Part shown: positions 14,253-27,252 of the stretch, piece after piece
How positions within the stretch are numbered: the stretch's first letter is position 1
Layout: each line of letters opens with the position of its first letter
DNA from: Tubiluchus corallicola
Lineage: Eukaryota > Animalia > Priapulida
DNA: 64,000 bases
Direction: 5' to 3'
Assembly (NCBI GenBank): GCA_030141605.1
Contig: JAQGDQ010000894.1
Coordinates: 18,952 to 82,951 of the forward strand
Program-made: the position numbers and the translations under genes
The notes under the pieces: generated by a model
What the model was told of the DNA's origin: nothing
The model's input: only the letters and a program-made list of their open reading frames with translations
Database searches by the model: none

Positions 14253-14467
14253 GTGATGCCAGAAGTACTGAGGCTTAGTTTGACGCTTATAAATCTGACC
14301 ATGAGCTTTAATTACATAATTGTATAAAGCATATTAGCGTAATTGTAACAAACTTTAAGATTCTAGTTTGTCTTATGACAGACCAGTGTCACAGATGAGT
14401 AGGCCTACTATCCCTGCCACATCTTTATAATGTGACTGGACGCCATTACATTTTCTGATACCAATCC

Positions 14468-14748
14468 TTACATTCTCAAAACAATGGCTTAATCATTACA
14501 TTCTCAAAACAATGGCTTAATCATTACATTCTCAAAACAATGGCTTAATCATTACATTCTCAAAACAATGGCTTAATCATTACCTTCTCAAAACAATGGC
14601 TTAATCATTACATTCTCAAAACAATGGCTTAATCATTACATTCTTAAAACAATGGCTTAATCATCACATTCTCAAAACAATGGCTTAATCATCACATTCT
14701 CAAAACAATGGCTTAATCATTACATTCTCAAAACAATGGCTTAATCAC
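14468..14748. repeat. Minisatellite, 28 bp x ~10
   Basis: TTACATTCTCAAAACAATGGCTTAATCA tandem, near-identical, no spacers. Confidence 0.97.
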
Positions 14749-15082
14749 ATCCTGGTAATCGGCTTTGAACGGCGCCGTGAGCCAAAACTTCAGCATGATT
14801 CCTGGCGACGACGATTAGTGAATTCTAGTCTGCATGTTGTTTCATTTGTAATAAGAGGTTTCTCTAAAACCACACAGTTTTGGTTTGGTGTTCATCGTTG
14901 TTACAGTAAAGTTATGCAGTGAAGTCTCCAATTTCTCATCTTTTTGTGAAACTTTGCAATACAGTTAAGCCTTGTTGCAGCGTCTCAGTTCTACATCTGA
15001 GAGAGAAATGATGATTTTTGTTACCAGTTGATTCAAACTTGGGCTGATTTGATAAAAGGCTTTTAACGTCATCAACTGTATA

Positions 15083-16633
15083 TAGGGTGTCCAGAAAGTT
15101 CCGGCGAGTCACGCGGAACGAGTCTGTTCATTAAATTGCTTTTAGGCCGATTAGTTGAAGCCAGGGATCGGCTAAATCTCTACCTCTTCTCTTACACCTG
15201 CATGCAACATCATTCTTATGCTAGCTCTGCAAATTTTGAAATATTTTTGCAGTTTTGAAATAATATACCTTCCTTTTCATTTTGCAAACCTTTCAAGCGG
15301 AGATTTCTTCAGATATCGGGACCACTTCACGCTGACTATTGGTTTCGGTTCTCTGCATCTGATCACGCTATGGGTTTCTCAAGACGCTGTAATCAGTTTC
15401 TCTCACAATCCTGTCCAAATCAAAATAAATTATGTCTAGGCTATAAAAATGTAAATTCTATGATGAACCAAAGCCTCCAGCGTTTGGCGTTCACTTGGTA
15501 GTGAATTAATTAACAACAAAGCATCTGGCACGCAATCTGTTATACATATATATATATGCTGAGGATATGTATATCCTATATAGCAATAGCTAGGATATAT
15601 ATATATATATATATATATACCTCGGGTATAAGGTACTCGCTTATAAGGGATATTCCCTTATAAGGGACCACCAATACCGGTCGCGATTTTTCGTAACGGT
15701 TTCCCTTATGAAAAATCTTCGTATATAAGGTGCTCGGATGTAAGGGACGATATCTTTAGGTCCCGCGTAATACAAACCCAGGCAAATTAAATTGTCTCGC
15801 ATAAGAACCCTATGATCAAAGCGAAATTGATCGATTTTTAACCTCAATTTTTCGCAAACTCGGCCTTCAAACAGCTCGGTTTCCGCGGTCACATACATCT
15901 CGCATCACTTATGGAGCTTCCTACATACCGTTTGCACTGAATGTGTAGCAATAATCCATAAAAATTTTAGTAAAAGTACAGAAAAGTACAGGTCTAGAGA
16001 TACACCCTCGGTCTGACACAACTTCGGTTATAATCGGCGGGACGATTTTTCCGGTCCGGAAGTGTCACTTGTTTTGACACTCCATAACATGCTTGGGCAT
16101 TCTCAAAATTCAGGATTTCACACTTTGCCTGTAACATATATATGTAACATACCAGGATAGTTACAAAAAAAGCAAGTCCTTTTTTAAAATGCCATGCAAC
16201 TGACAATTTCTGTCCAAATTGTAAATAAATTTAGCATCACAAGACAAAAACATTTTGCCACTTACCCACTGATATTTTATTAAGAAAGCTTGATAAATAA
16301 ACATGTTATGTTTGCTACAACACGTGAGCATTCTGGACACAGGTAATCTGAACCAAATGAGCATTGGTATTTACGGTACAAACACATTCCCTAAAATACA
16401 ATTCGCATGCCATCGAACCTGTCATCGTTGCCATCGAACCTGTAAAAATGAAAAAAAAACACAATATACAATAGGTAATGAAAACAAATCAAAATTATTA
16501 ATAAATTATAAATTAGGTGCTACACGATGAAGTGAGTCTCCTATGAATGCCTCAACTAGGGCTACGAGTTTGTATGGGAGAACGTTTTTTCTGGTCGACC
16601 TGTATATTAGACAACGTTTTCTAAGCACCCTGT
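15083..16633. mobile_element. Possible Tc1/mariner-derived element ends
   Basis: TA-TAGGGTGTCCAGAAA at the left and TTTCTAAGCACCCTG at the right, resembling CAGGGTG-type mariner TIRs; interior interrupted by other repeats. Confidence 0.4.
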
Positions 16634-17877
16634 GTGTAATTTCTTTACTTTCAGATGTCATTCTAGCAAACAAGTACGATTAGTTTTGATTACCCGTGTG
16701 TGAATTTCTAAACTGTACACTGTTACAAGCCAAAAATGAAAATGCCACACAAAGTCCTCATCACGTTCTGTTAAAGTACAAGAAAACCCTTCATAAACAT
16801 AAAGCTTGAAAAATTCGTTTTGAAATTTTATATCGCTTACATACTGCCTTTTTGTGTACAGGACTTCAATCGGCAGTCACGCTGTATAAAACGTGTAAAT
16901 TTAAACTCCCGCGATGACCGTTAGATGCAGCCATTTTTACGACAGGTCATTTGAAACAAGTTTAGATAACATTATCGTTAGTTTAGGTTTTAGAGGCATG
17001 TGGAAAAAATGAATTATTTGTCAGTCGCTTAAAATTCGTCATGTTTATTGAGACTTTATTAGCCATAACTGCATCGCGCTGTATTATAAGATGCCTTGCA
17101 GTCAACCTCGGATATAAGGGACACTTCGGGACCGGAAAAAACCGTCCCATATATCCGACGTCCCTTATAGCCGAAGTTGAGTCAGGCTGAGGGTGTATTT
17201 AGGACCTGCGAGCTCTGTATACTTTATCTGGTAGCCTAATGTCCAATGAACCGTTTGTCGCAATGTATGTAATATACCGATTTAATGCAAACACATCCAA
17301 TCGTCTTGAACTGTACACAAAAATAGATGTTTATTTAAACTCAAACTGTGCTAATAATATTTATGCAAATATTTATAACTAAAATCACCGCAAATCATTC
17401 GAAACACAATGGCACTGTACTACGATCACCGAGGAAAAAAATTACCCGGAAGTTTTTTTCCCGAAAGTTTAGTTTTCGCCATTCTTGTTTATCAGTTCAT
17501 CGGCCAATCACCACCTGCCGCATAATTTATACGGGACATTGTGATTGGCTGAGGTGCGTCACGCGAAATACCAGGTCCAAGAGGATACTACTACAAAGGA
17601 ATACAGTCGGGCCCGCGCGGGGTCTAGGCATAGGCTTTTTAGGATGTAAAAAATATTTGATCATAGGGTCCCTTATATGCGAGGTAATTTACTTGGATTT
17701 CTATTACGCGGGACCTGAGGGTATCGTCCCTTATAACTGAAAGTCCATTATATCCGAGTATCTTATATACGAAGATGTTTACATAGGAAAAACGTTACGA
17801 GAAATCGGGCCCGGTGTTGGTGGCCCCTTATAAGCGAGTGTCCCTTATAAGCGAGTACATTATACCGAGGTTTCCTG
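15620..17877. mobile_element. pogo/Tigger-like non-autonomous element arms (nested)
   Basis: ~200-bp inverted homology between 15620-15820 and 17655-17877 (CCTCGG.TATAAG.TACTCGCTTATAAGGG...). A related mini element lies at 17099-17182 (CAGTCAACCTCGGATATAAGGGAC...GTCCCTTATAGCCGAAGTTGA) and a fragment near 16015-16070. Confidence 0.65.
16771..16975 (+). mobile_element. Truncated copy of TTAA-bounded dispersed repeat family A
   Basis: TTAAAGTACAAGAAAACCCTTCATAAACATAAAG... matches 38976+ and 46782+. Confidence 0.75.
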
Positions 17878-18051
17878 TTAGTTAAAGTAGATGCATGATT
17901 AAGTACATAGAGTTCATTCGACCTTTTGTGAGTCTGAGGCTTCTGGTGGGATAGGGTCTAATGTTGGAGCAATTTACGAGAAATCTTTTGTTTTGTTTTC
18001 TGTCTCACCTGTCTCGCAGGACAATGAAGCAGTAAATAAACTTCTCCATAT

Positions 18052-18617
18052 CAGAGATGTGCAGGTAGCGGATTTATGAACATGCGATTGCGGAATCCGC
18101 ATTTTTTGCGTTTGCAGATTGATGATAGGAAATTGGTCGCGTAAATGCGGATTGCGGATTTTTAATGCCTAAATTGCAGATTTTAGGCAAAATTTCACTG
18201 TGTAAAAGCCACGTATGTAAGGTAAATTTTTCAGTTGTTTGCATAAAAATTTTACCCAATTTCAATTTGTCTCGATAATTAAGATTTGTGGCTTGGTGTG
18301 ATGGGTAAGATGTGGTAGAATGTTTTTAATAGATCACGTGGTTTCAGTGTGAGTTGTCGTTGAGGGTTCACAACAAAATTCCTTTGCCTTCAAAGCTGTC
18401 TAGTAATTTTTTATTGATTAGAGATTATACTCCTAGCTTCATACAAAAAAGTTTTTGAACAATAGGGCATATATAACAAGTCTAGTTTTTGATATTATAT
18501 TTTTGCGGATCGCGGATGTTCAACTTTACCTAAATCCGCGATTTTCTGGATGCGGATATGTACAGCTGCGGATTTTGCAGTGCGAATAAACAGGAAAGTG
18601 ATGACCGCGCATCTCTG
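18052..18617. mobile_element. hAT-type MITE (566 bp)
   Basis: TIR CAGAGATGTGC / GCGCATCTCTG; 8-bp TSD CTCCATAT / CTCCAGAT; repeated subterminal GCGGAT motifs. Confidence 0.8.
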
Positions 18618-19676
18618 CTCCAGATGAAGCTGTCCTACTGACCACCATGTAGTAACACTTGCATCGCAGCCGTGCTTAATTTCCCGCCAAGTATTACGGC
18701 CACTCAGCTTTCATTTTAACAGGACCACATCATAATTTTAGCAAATATCCAGAAATCAATCTGTATCCAAGGAATAACCAACTTACTCCTGAATTTGAAT
18801 GTCCCTAAGACTTTTTTAAAGATCATCGCGTCGATTGGCACTCTATAACTTGCGACAGACAGTAAGTTAACGTAAAATAACACGAGGTAAGCGTGGTTTA
18901 TGTTCGAGAAAGCAAGCTCTGCTTAGCTGCAGACACTGTCAGCTGATATTGGCAAGGGAAGTATTGGCAAAGAACACGTCATTACTACTTCTCAAACATT
19001 TTACATGTATATCAAATGCTTAACAGTTTACCTTTCTTACTGTCTTTTTGTTCTCTTTGATAGTGATCCGCGTCTGGCTATGAGATCTCATGTGAAGGAT
19101 TTTCCATGACGCAGTTCTTCGTGTCACAACTGGCTACCATTACAGTTAAGCTCCTTCCACGAAACATGGGTCAGTATTACTCCTCTGACTTCTAGATTAC
19201 GTTTTCTGCGTCACAGCCAGTCGCTTGTCTTGACCAGATCTTTTCATCTCTTTTATTTATAAGAAATTATAAAACTCTAAAGACGCACGACTTTGCTTTG
19301 CGTTTGCTTCTATTTGGCGCGTCTAGTTGCTATGTAACCTTTTCGGTTTCGTCATTTCTTTGTTATGACGCCGTATCCAGGCGCGCATCATAATAAACGT
19401 CACCGCAGTCATTTTTCAAATTTGTAACTTTTGTTTTGATAATTTACCTGCGTACACCGAGCGTTAGGGTCTCATTTTCTGGTACAAATTGTTTTCAGTG
19501 CTTTTATGCCGTTATGCAAATTAGCAAGTATTACGCCTAGACCTAGATTTTTAAATCCGATAAAAATATACATTTTAACACGACTAACACTGCAAGTGCG
19601 TTTCTGATAATTAAATAATAGATTAAAAACTTAATTAACGGCGGGCAAGTCCAACTATTGATGACATCACAGACTC

Positions 19677-20130
19677 ACATAATTTTCAACAGCAAAAATA
19701 TTCCACGAGCGTGTTTGCGAAAGCGAAAATTGAAGTACAGTGCTGCTGTAAGATATTCAGTGTGTTGTACTAAAACTAGGCAAGCTCTAAGATAAAAATT
19801 CAAATTTCAAATTTACCTCTGTGCTCACGCATGAGCTGTCGAACGTGCGTACTTCGTCACAAACTAACACATCTGAACTGAGAGGTACAGAACCTGTTTT
19901 TGTGCAATGCGTTTCAGAAATGCAGACGTTAGGGCCCGTCTAACTAGCGAATGTGTCGAAATGCGTGTAACAGCGAAGAACTAGTGGCACGAACGTAAAA
20001 TTGCGTTTGTGTGGTAACAATTTCACGTATGTCATTTTTGGAAAAAAATTAGTGGTTTTCCTTTCAATATTTTAAAGAGTAGATTGTTTTGACTTACAGT
20101 TTGAGATTGGGCCCGGTTTTGCATTTAAAA
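19677..20130 (+). repeat. Dispersed repeat, homologous to 24668-24975
   Basis: Shared AATTTTCAACAGCAAAAATATTCCAC...CAGCGAAGAACTAGTGG...TTCCTTTCAATATTTTAAAGAGTAGATTGTTTTGAC. Confidence 0.8.
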
Positions 20131-20723
20131 ACAAGAATAATTGGATCTGCAAATTTTATTGTACATTATATATGCCACCAAACTGATGAGCGATTTTATA
20201 GTAGAATATTTAGAAGATGACATGATTTATTGATGTAGTAACCAGAGGCTTTTTAACTGATGCCTTATGTTTTTAATTTTTGTACATATTTTTGATATAT
20301 TTGTTTGTAAATTTTCGTCACTTTTTTAATAATGCATGATAGGTAGCATTTCTCAGTTTTAGTGTAAATTTTAACTTATTATGGTATTTTTATATGCTGA
20401 AATAAACTTTAAATAAATAAAAATATATATTCTTGTCATCGATTTCCTTAGATTTAGAATAAGAAAACTTTAAAATAATATAAAGGAGTGCTGTGTGGCA
20501 AACTGTACTTAAAAACTAAAATACTATGCGTAATTATAGCAATACTACGCATGACCATCAAGCTTTTTGTATCTGATTATTCAAAATGGCTTCTGCTAAA
20601 TGTACAGTAACACCAGGCTTGGAGAAAGACTTAGGTCGCTTGAGCACAAGCAGCTGGTTAAGTGCAGTGGTGTTTCGAGGCTGTGGTGGTGTCCTTCTGA
20701 GGTGTTCTTTTTCTTGGTTCAAA

Positions 20724-23700
20724 ATGTAAGTTTATAAATATTTAATGTTTACATTTTTTCTTCTTAAATTATTGAGTACGTGGTACATTTGGTGGTTTTT
20801 TTAAGTATGTGAATAGTGGTAACTGAATCGTGTGTCGATTGCCCTTTTAACAACAGTAATGAAGGTTTTTTTTCTATGCCAAGTTGTTTCTGCCGTTTGA
20901 CAACAGTAATGAATGGTTTTGTTTTTTCATTCTATGCTAAATTGTTCCTGCCCTTTGACAACAGTAATGTAGGGCCTTGTTTTTTCATTTGTACCGAGTT
21001 GTTCCAGCCCTTTGGACATGTAGGGTTTTGTTTTTTTCATTCTATACTAAGTTGTTTCTGCCCTTTGACAACAGTAATGTAGGGCCTTGTTTTTTCATTC
21101 TATACTAAGTTGTTTTTGCCCTTTGACAACAGTAATGTAGGGCCTTGTTTTTTCATTTGTACCGAGTTGTTCCAGCCCTTTGGACATGTAGGGTTTTGTT
21201 TTTTCATTCTATACTAAGTTGTTTCTGCCCTTTGACAACAGTAATGTAGGGCCTTGTTTTTTCATTCTATACTAAGTTGTTTCTGCCCTTTGACAACAGT
21301 AATGTAGGGTTTTGTTTTTTTCATTCTATGCTAAGTTGTTTCTGTCCTTTGAATTCTATGCTAAATTGTTCCTGCCCTTTGACAACAGTAATGTAGGGCC
21401 TTGTTTTTTCATTCTATACTAAGTTGTTCCTGCCCTTTGTCATTCTGTACTAAGTTGCCCTTTGGACATGTAGGGTTTTGCTTTTTCCATTTTTCCTAAC
21501 TTCACAATTTAATATCAAGGTTGAAGCTGGCGTTTAGATTTGGACTCGTCGATGACTTTCATGTTTTTAATTTAGGAAGATCTTACTGGAAGCAACAACG
21601 CTGATGCTGCTGGTTACCATGGTACTTGCTGTTCATGATGAACAAGATGCTGCTTCAGGTTCTGCGCCTTACGGTAGGTGTGCTAATCTTGATAGATTTA
21701 TATATATATATATATATATATATGCAGAGACATTGCAGAAAGACAAATTTCAATTTTATTTGTAAAATAAAGGATCATCACCATTATCTATTGAATCGCA
21801 CGCCCAAGGACGTGAAACTGTTCACCTCTTTGTGCCAGGAATCTCCACTTTCTGCAATGGACCAATGTCCTCCTGTTAGCCAAGAATATTTTAAAGACTA
21901 ACTTTCAATATGGTGATAATTACTAAAAAATGTTGAGGCAAAACGCAATTTCCCGATTTACAAATAATAATTAAAACGAGCACATTGTGTTTTTCATGAA
22001 AATGCTTAATAATGTTCCGGGGTTCGACCCGATAGATAGCCTTACGGCCCGCCATCGGTGATGCGGGTAAGCGCTGCATAACGGACACTCCAGAAATTTA
22101 AAAAAACTGACGATGTCACGTGTTCGTTCTTTCCACAGGAAACCAGTGCTCAACCAATCGCAGGTAATGTTATGAGCTTCCTAGTTAAGTGGAGGTCATA
22201 ACATTAGCTGTAGGTTGGCTGGCCTGGTGCCTATGAATAGAACTGTATAATGCACTGTTCCCTGTTCAGCTTAATATTAATGCATCCACGTTTCTGTCTT
22301 TAGATCCGTGCTTACCGTATCCATGTAAAAATTACGGAACATGTATTGCCAATTCGTCTCCACAATGGCGATCAAGTTACGGATCCGGCGAATACTACTG
22401 TCTGTGCAAAGACGGTTATTCAGGACGTGATTGTGAAGTCAGTTACCGCGGCGAAGGTTTGTATTTTATAAATATATAGCCCGGAAACCTTGTAATCTTG
22501 GCCGTCGAGTTCTAGGTGCTCTTTCATACACCTAGCCTTATGATTCACCACTGTGAGAGCTTGTAGAATTTTTAATTGTTTGTTCAATGTACATACATGC
22601 TTTATTTTTGTTGTGACAATACAATGACACAGTTTTTCCTGTGTAGATCCCTGTTATGGAAATCCTTGTGGTAGTTATGGAACTTGCTATCCTTACGATA
22701 CCTACAGCGGTCATGGTGACAGGTACTACTGTCAATGCTACGAGGGCTATTACGGAGATTATTGCACTGAATATCGTGGTATGTATGTGGAATAACTGCT
22801 ATTACATTTATGGCTGCTTTTTGACTCACAAAAAATTCACAAGGTGGTGCTGCTATCAGTTTTCATATTTCGAAGAGAAAGGTACCATGTGGTTCCTCCA
22901 CTCACTTTTGAATGCAGTACTGTCATTTTTTACTATTAACCAAATTGCTTGAAAATCATGTGTTTGTGATGTGCTGTGTAAAATGGTTTTTTTACTCCTG
23001 TAGATCCTTGCTATGGAAATCCTTGTGGTAGCTATGGCACTTGCTGTCTCTATGAGACCTACAGTGGATATGGGGACAGATTCTACTGCAAATGTGCCTA
23101 CGGATATTATGGAACTTATTGCAATCAGTATCGCGGTATGTCTAACATTATAAATGAAAGACATTGGATATTGGCATCAGATTGCATTTACATTGCATAA
23201 CTGCTAACACCAGTTATACATGGTACTACAGCAGATTGCATTTACATTGCATACTGTACAGCTGCGCAATTGCTAACACTTGTTGTACATGCTCCTGCTG
23301 TACAGTGATAGGCGTATGCCATTTTTGCTCTTTTTCAGATCCCTGCTATGGAAATCCTTGTGGCAGTTATGGCACTTGTTATCCTCACGAAACGTACAGT
23401 GGAGAGGGTGATAGATACTACTGCGAGTGCGATGATGGATACTATGGAGACTATTGTAACGAATATCGTGGTATGTTTGCAGTAATTGTTTTACATAATT
23501 ATGTTTGTAATGAAATTATATAATGTGATTCATTACTTTTTATATAATTGTACGCGGTGCTGCTGTGCAGTGATAGGAATATGCAATTTTTTCCGCTTTT
23601 TTTCAGATCCCTGTTACGAAAATCGTTGTGGCAGCTATGGCACTTGCTATGCCAAAGAAACGTACAGTGGACATGGTGACAGGTTCTACTGCAAATGTCA

Positions 23701-25171
23701 AGAGGGATACTACGGAGATTATTGTGAAAAATATCGCGGTATGTCAGTTTCCAAATCTAAAAGAATTTCGAATACAATTGAAATTTTAGTTGTGCATTAA
23801 TGCACGAGGATGCGACAGATCTATAGGTGTTTTTTGTCGCGCTTTTGACTAATATAATTTCATGTTAGCAAGTAGAACAAAAATATGTCTAATGTCTCTT
23901 TTGCTCAGACGAAAACGTATTAGCCGAATTGTAAATCATGTATAATTCTGTAGACTTCTTGTAAGCTAATTAAATTTGTTACTAATTAAATTTGTAACAA
24001 ATCTCTAAATATCTGTTTGTAACCTTGTATATAAACTTGTATCTAAGCTGCAATTAAAGGAACTGTGTACATACTGTACATATTCCACTTTGATGAACTA
24101 ATATTTTGTTAAATCTTTAAATTTTTATATTTCCAGATATAACGAATAGCAAAGTACGTTTAATGCATTTTCTTTTTACTTACAGATCCCTGTTACGGTA
24201 ATCCCTGTGGCTATCATGGCACTTGCTATGCTTATGACAAATACAGCGGGCGTGGGGACAAATTCTACTGTAAATGCTATAGTGGATACTACGGACAGTA
24301 TTGTGATCAGAGACGTGGTATGTTGCGTTTATGGGTATTTTTGTACGATACTGTGGGCAAAAAACTTCTGTAAGAAATTATATTAATACATTACTGTTTG
24401 ACTTTCTAGATCCGTGTTATAACATTAGCTGTGGACCACACGGTTACTGTGAAGCCTGGAGCACGTCATACAGGTGCAAGTGCTACAGCGGCTGGGGAGG
24501 AAAACGTTGTGATCGAAAAAGTATGTATAGCATAAGTCTTACCTGACCTGTAATAATGTTAGTGTTAAAGGAAGACAGGATGATTTTTTATATACCACCC
24601 CATTTCCAAGTCCGATAAAAACTGTACTTTTTAACACATTAATACTACAAAGGCGTCTCAACTGAATATAATTTTCAACAGCAAAAATATTCCACAGGAG
24701 TGTTGCACGTGTTTGCAAACGCGAAAATTGAATGCGTAGTTCGTTACAAACTAACACATATGAACTGAAAGGTACAGCACCTGTCTTTTGTTCAACATGT
24801 TTCCGACAAAAATGCATATAACAGCGAAGAACTAGTGGTGCGAACATGAAATTGTATTTGTGTGGTAATAATTGTAATAATTGTTTCACGTAAGTATGTA
24901 TGTTTCCTTTCAATATTTTAAAGAGTAGATTGTTTTGACCTGTGGTTTAAGATTGGGTCCGGTTTTGCCTTAAATTAAGACGTACAACTTTACAAATCTG
25001 TTTTTCTATTCTTTAGCCTGGAAATTAAATTTATCTTGCCCGTATGTTTCAATATTGTTTTAGGGCTGTCATTATGAATTCATTTTTGTTTCAGAGATTC
25101 ACGTTGGTTATGGAACTCGCCGCAGGTATGGGACACATGGCAGGTCGTCCTCAGAGTCGACTAGATATTAG
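20724..25171 (+). CDS. Secreted Tyr-rich EGF-repeat protein 2 (~366 aa, 7 EGF)
   Basis: Model: AT(20724-20725)|21576-21673 (signal peptide MKILLEATTLMLLVTMVLA), 22304-22456, 22647-22778, 23004-23135, 23339-23470, 23607-23738, 24186-24317, 24410-24520, 25095-25171 (KIHVGYGTRRRYGTHGRSSSESTRY-stop). Total 1101 nt, in frame, all introns GT-AG. AATAAA at 25455. Confidence 0.85.
20840..21490. repeat. Intronic minisatellite, ~53-59 bp unit
   Basis: GCCCTTTGACAACAGTAATGTAGGGCCTTGTTTTTTCATTCTATACTAAGTTGTTTCT plus a shorter variant, ~11 copies. Confidence 0.93.
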
Positions 25172-26247
25172 TAGATCTATAGACCACAAACGGTTTCTGA
25201 TATCAAAATGACAGTTGGCGTTGGCATCCCGAAAATGCATCAATGCACAATTTTCAGACACTGGCAGACTTGGCAGACTTTGGATTGACTTGATTAAATA
25301 TATTAGTTAATTTTAGTCATTTAAGCAAGTTATTAACACAGTTCTATTTGTATGTTTTGCTGTTGTGAAATTGTTAACATTAATTTTTGGCACTTGATAT
25401 TGGTGGTTCAAGAATTTCTTGTGAATGTCTGTTTTTAGTATACAGTTTTGTTAAAATAAAATTTGTTTGGAATCAAAAATTTCAGTTGTTTGCGTTAAAT
25501 TTGGCTATTTGGGAACATTACAGTTTCTAGAAAGTTTTTAATTTGATGAAAGAATCACGTTTCTAATAGAAAATTTACAAAAAGTGGCATAAGCAGAAAA
25601 GTACTGAGTTATACGTAAAAGAACTTTAAATATTAGCAAACGGTTGATTCATTATTATTAACAATTTAATTTATACTCTACGTCACTTCTATGTCTCACC
25701 TTATGGTACGCTGGACATATTACGTAGATTATTTTACTGACAAGATACTATTCCATTTCCAGCACAGCCAAAAGTTGGGTTACGTTTGTGTGATTGACCC
25801 TTGACCCAGGTAACCCCAAATCAATGACGTCTAGTTTTTGTTCTGTACAGATTGCAGTGTTGCCTACGCAATAAATTACCCAATGCGCATGTTGGGTCCA
25901 ATAAAACCAGAAACATTTTTTTTCAAAAGTTTTAAGACTGAAAGAATGTGTTTTTTATCTGCCATATTTTTTCTAACAACGTGGTTCTGTGTGAATATAG
26001 GAAACATGCCCAATAAAGTTGACCTTGTACTTTTGCTTAGCCTCGTAAACCCCTATATGTTCATTTATTATTCGGTACTATTTGTTGATAACACACACAA
26101 GAATAAATTTGGGTAAACGACTACACCAAATTATATACCTAAGATTTAAAATGTAACCACGCTTACTTGAAGTCTCATTTTCTGCCTTCTAAAATTAACA
26201 AAGCTGCTACTGATTGTACTTCTAATTTAACTCTGTTTTGGCCAAGT

Positions 26248-26295
<48 letters not shown>

Positions 26296-26298
<3 letters not shown>

Positions 26299-26597
26299 CC
26301 CACAATTAATTAAACTTTAATACCAAACTTTAAAGACAGGATATATGACCTGAGATCTTCTGTTTACAAGGCAGATGCCTTGGGCCACGCGGCCAATGTA
26401 TTTCTTAATGCTGAAGGCTGGGATGAACTTACTAAAGGCATTGCCTTGTAAGCAGAAGGTTTTTGGTTCAAATCCAGGCTGTATCCTAAATTTTTCACAC
26501 TTTCTATCTTTCAGAAATTGCTATCAAAATTTAATTAATTGTGGGTTTTTTTCCATCATTTTGCCCAAGTTGTCCATGTTTTACTAGAAGCTCTGCT
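26296..26597. mobile_element. Short interspersed element with inverted repeats and B-box-like core, abutting (AAT)n
   Basis: AAACCCACAATTAATTAAA...TTTAATTAATTGTGGGTTT arms; internal GGTTCAAATCC; inverted second copy at 33865-34164. Confidence 0.75.
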
Positions 26598-26861
26598 TAC
26601 TAATCACTGCAGTAGGCGCTTGGATTCAAAGGGTAAGATGTGCCAGGTTTGTTTTAAATAACTTAATGGGTAAGCGCTACTAAAACTACCTCGAGCAGTT
26701 TCATTTGGGATACTAAGTCTCTCTGTTACACAAATAGTGGTAGGCTTGTTTCCCGAACGTGACTAAAATAACCTTGCTAGTTGAGTGCCTCAGACAATCG
26801 TCTTTGTTAGTAAACTAGATGCTGGTCCCACCACATACAAGCATTAAACATTAATAGTAAG

Positions 26862-27252
26862 CAGGGCATGATTATTAGCTTTTGAGGTCCTATAGGCCAA
26901 TGAAATTATGGGGCCCTCTCAGACGGAACCACCCTCTAAGACGGAACCACCCTCTAAGTCGCCTGCACCCGTCTTGAATATTTTTTACTCGTTATATATT
27001 TTAGCGACATTTGCGTAGCATGAAGTAAACTTGTTGCAAATTCTTTAAATAAGCTAGAATAACTATCTTTTGTTTGTCCATAAAAATGTTCTTTAAGAAA
27101 AGAGCTTGACCACTATTTTACGATATATTGAAAACCAAATTTGCACCACAACGTTAGTGAAAAACGATTTTTTATCAAAGGCTATTAAGGGCACCGAAGT
27201 CTCAGGGCCCTATACTGCAGCCTATACTAGCCTGTAGGATAATCTGACCCTG
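26862..27252. mobile_element. Possible hAT-type MITE
   Basis: CAGGGCATGATTAT / ATAATCTGACCCTG ends; internal GGGCCC motifs; TSD degraded (5/8 match). Confidence 0.5.

Noticed and set aside
14468-14748. 28-bp repeats resembling a CRISPR array
   Set aside because: No spacers, no cas genes, eukaryotic context; a plain minisatellite.
22139-22163. Possible 25-bp micro-exon in gene 2
   Set aside because: Good-looking splice sites, but it would shift the frame between phase-1 neighbours and no compensating exon was found.
26430-26485. tRNA gene
   Set aside because: Only a B-box-like motif; no convincing cloverleaf; part of a dispersed repeat.
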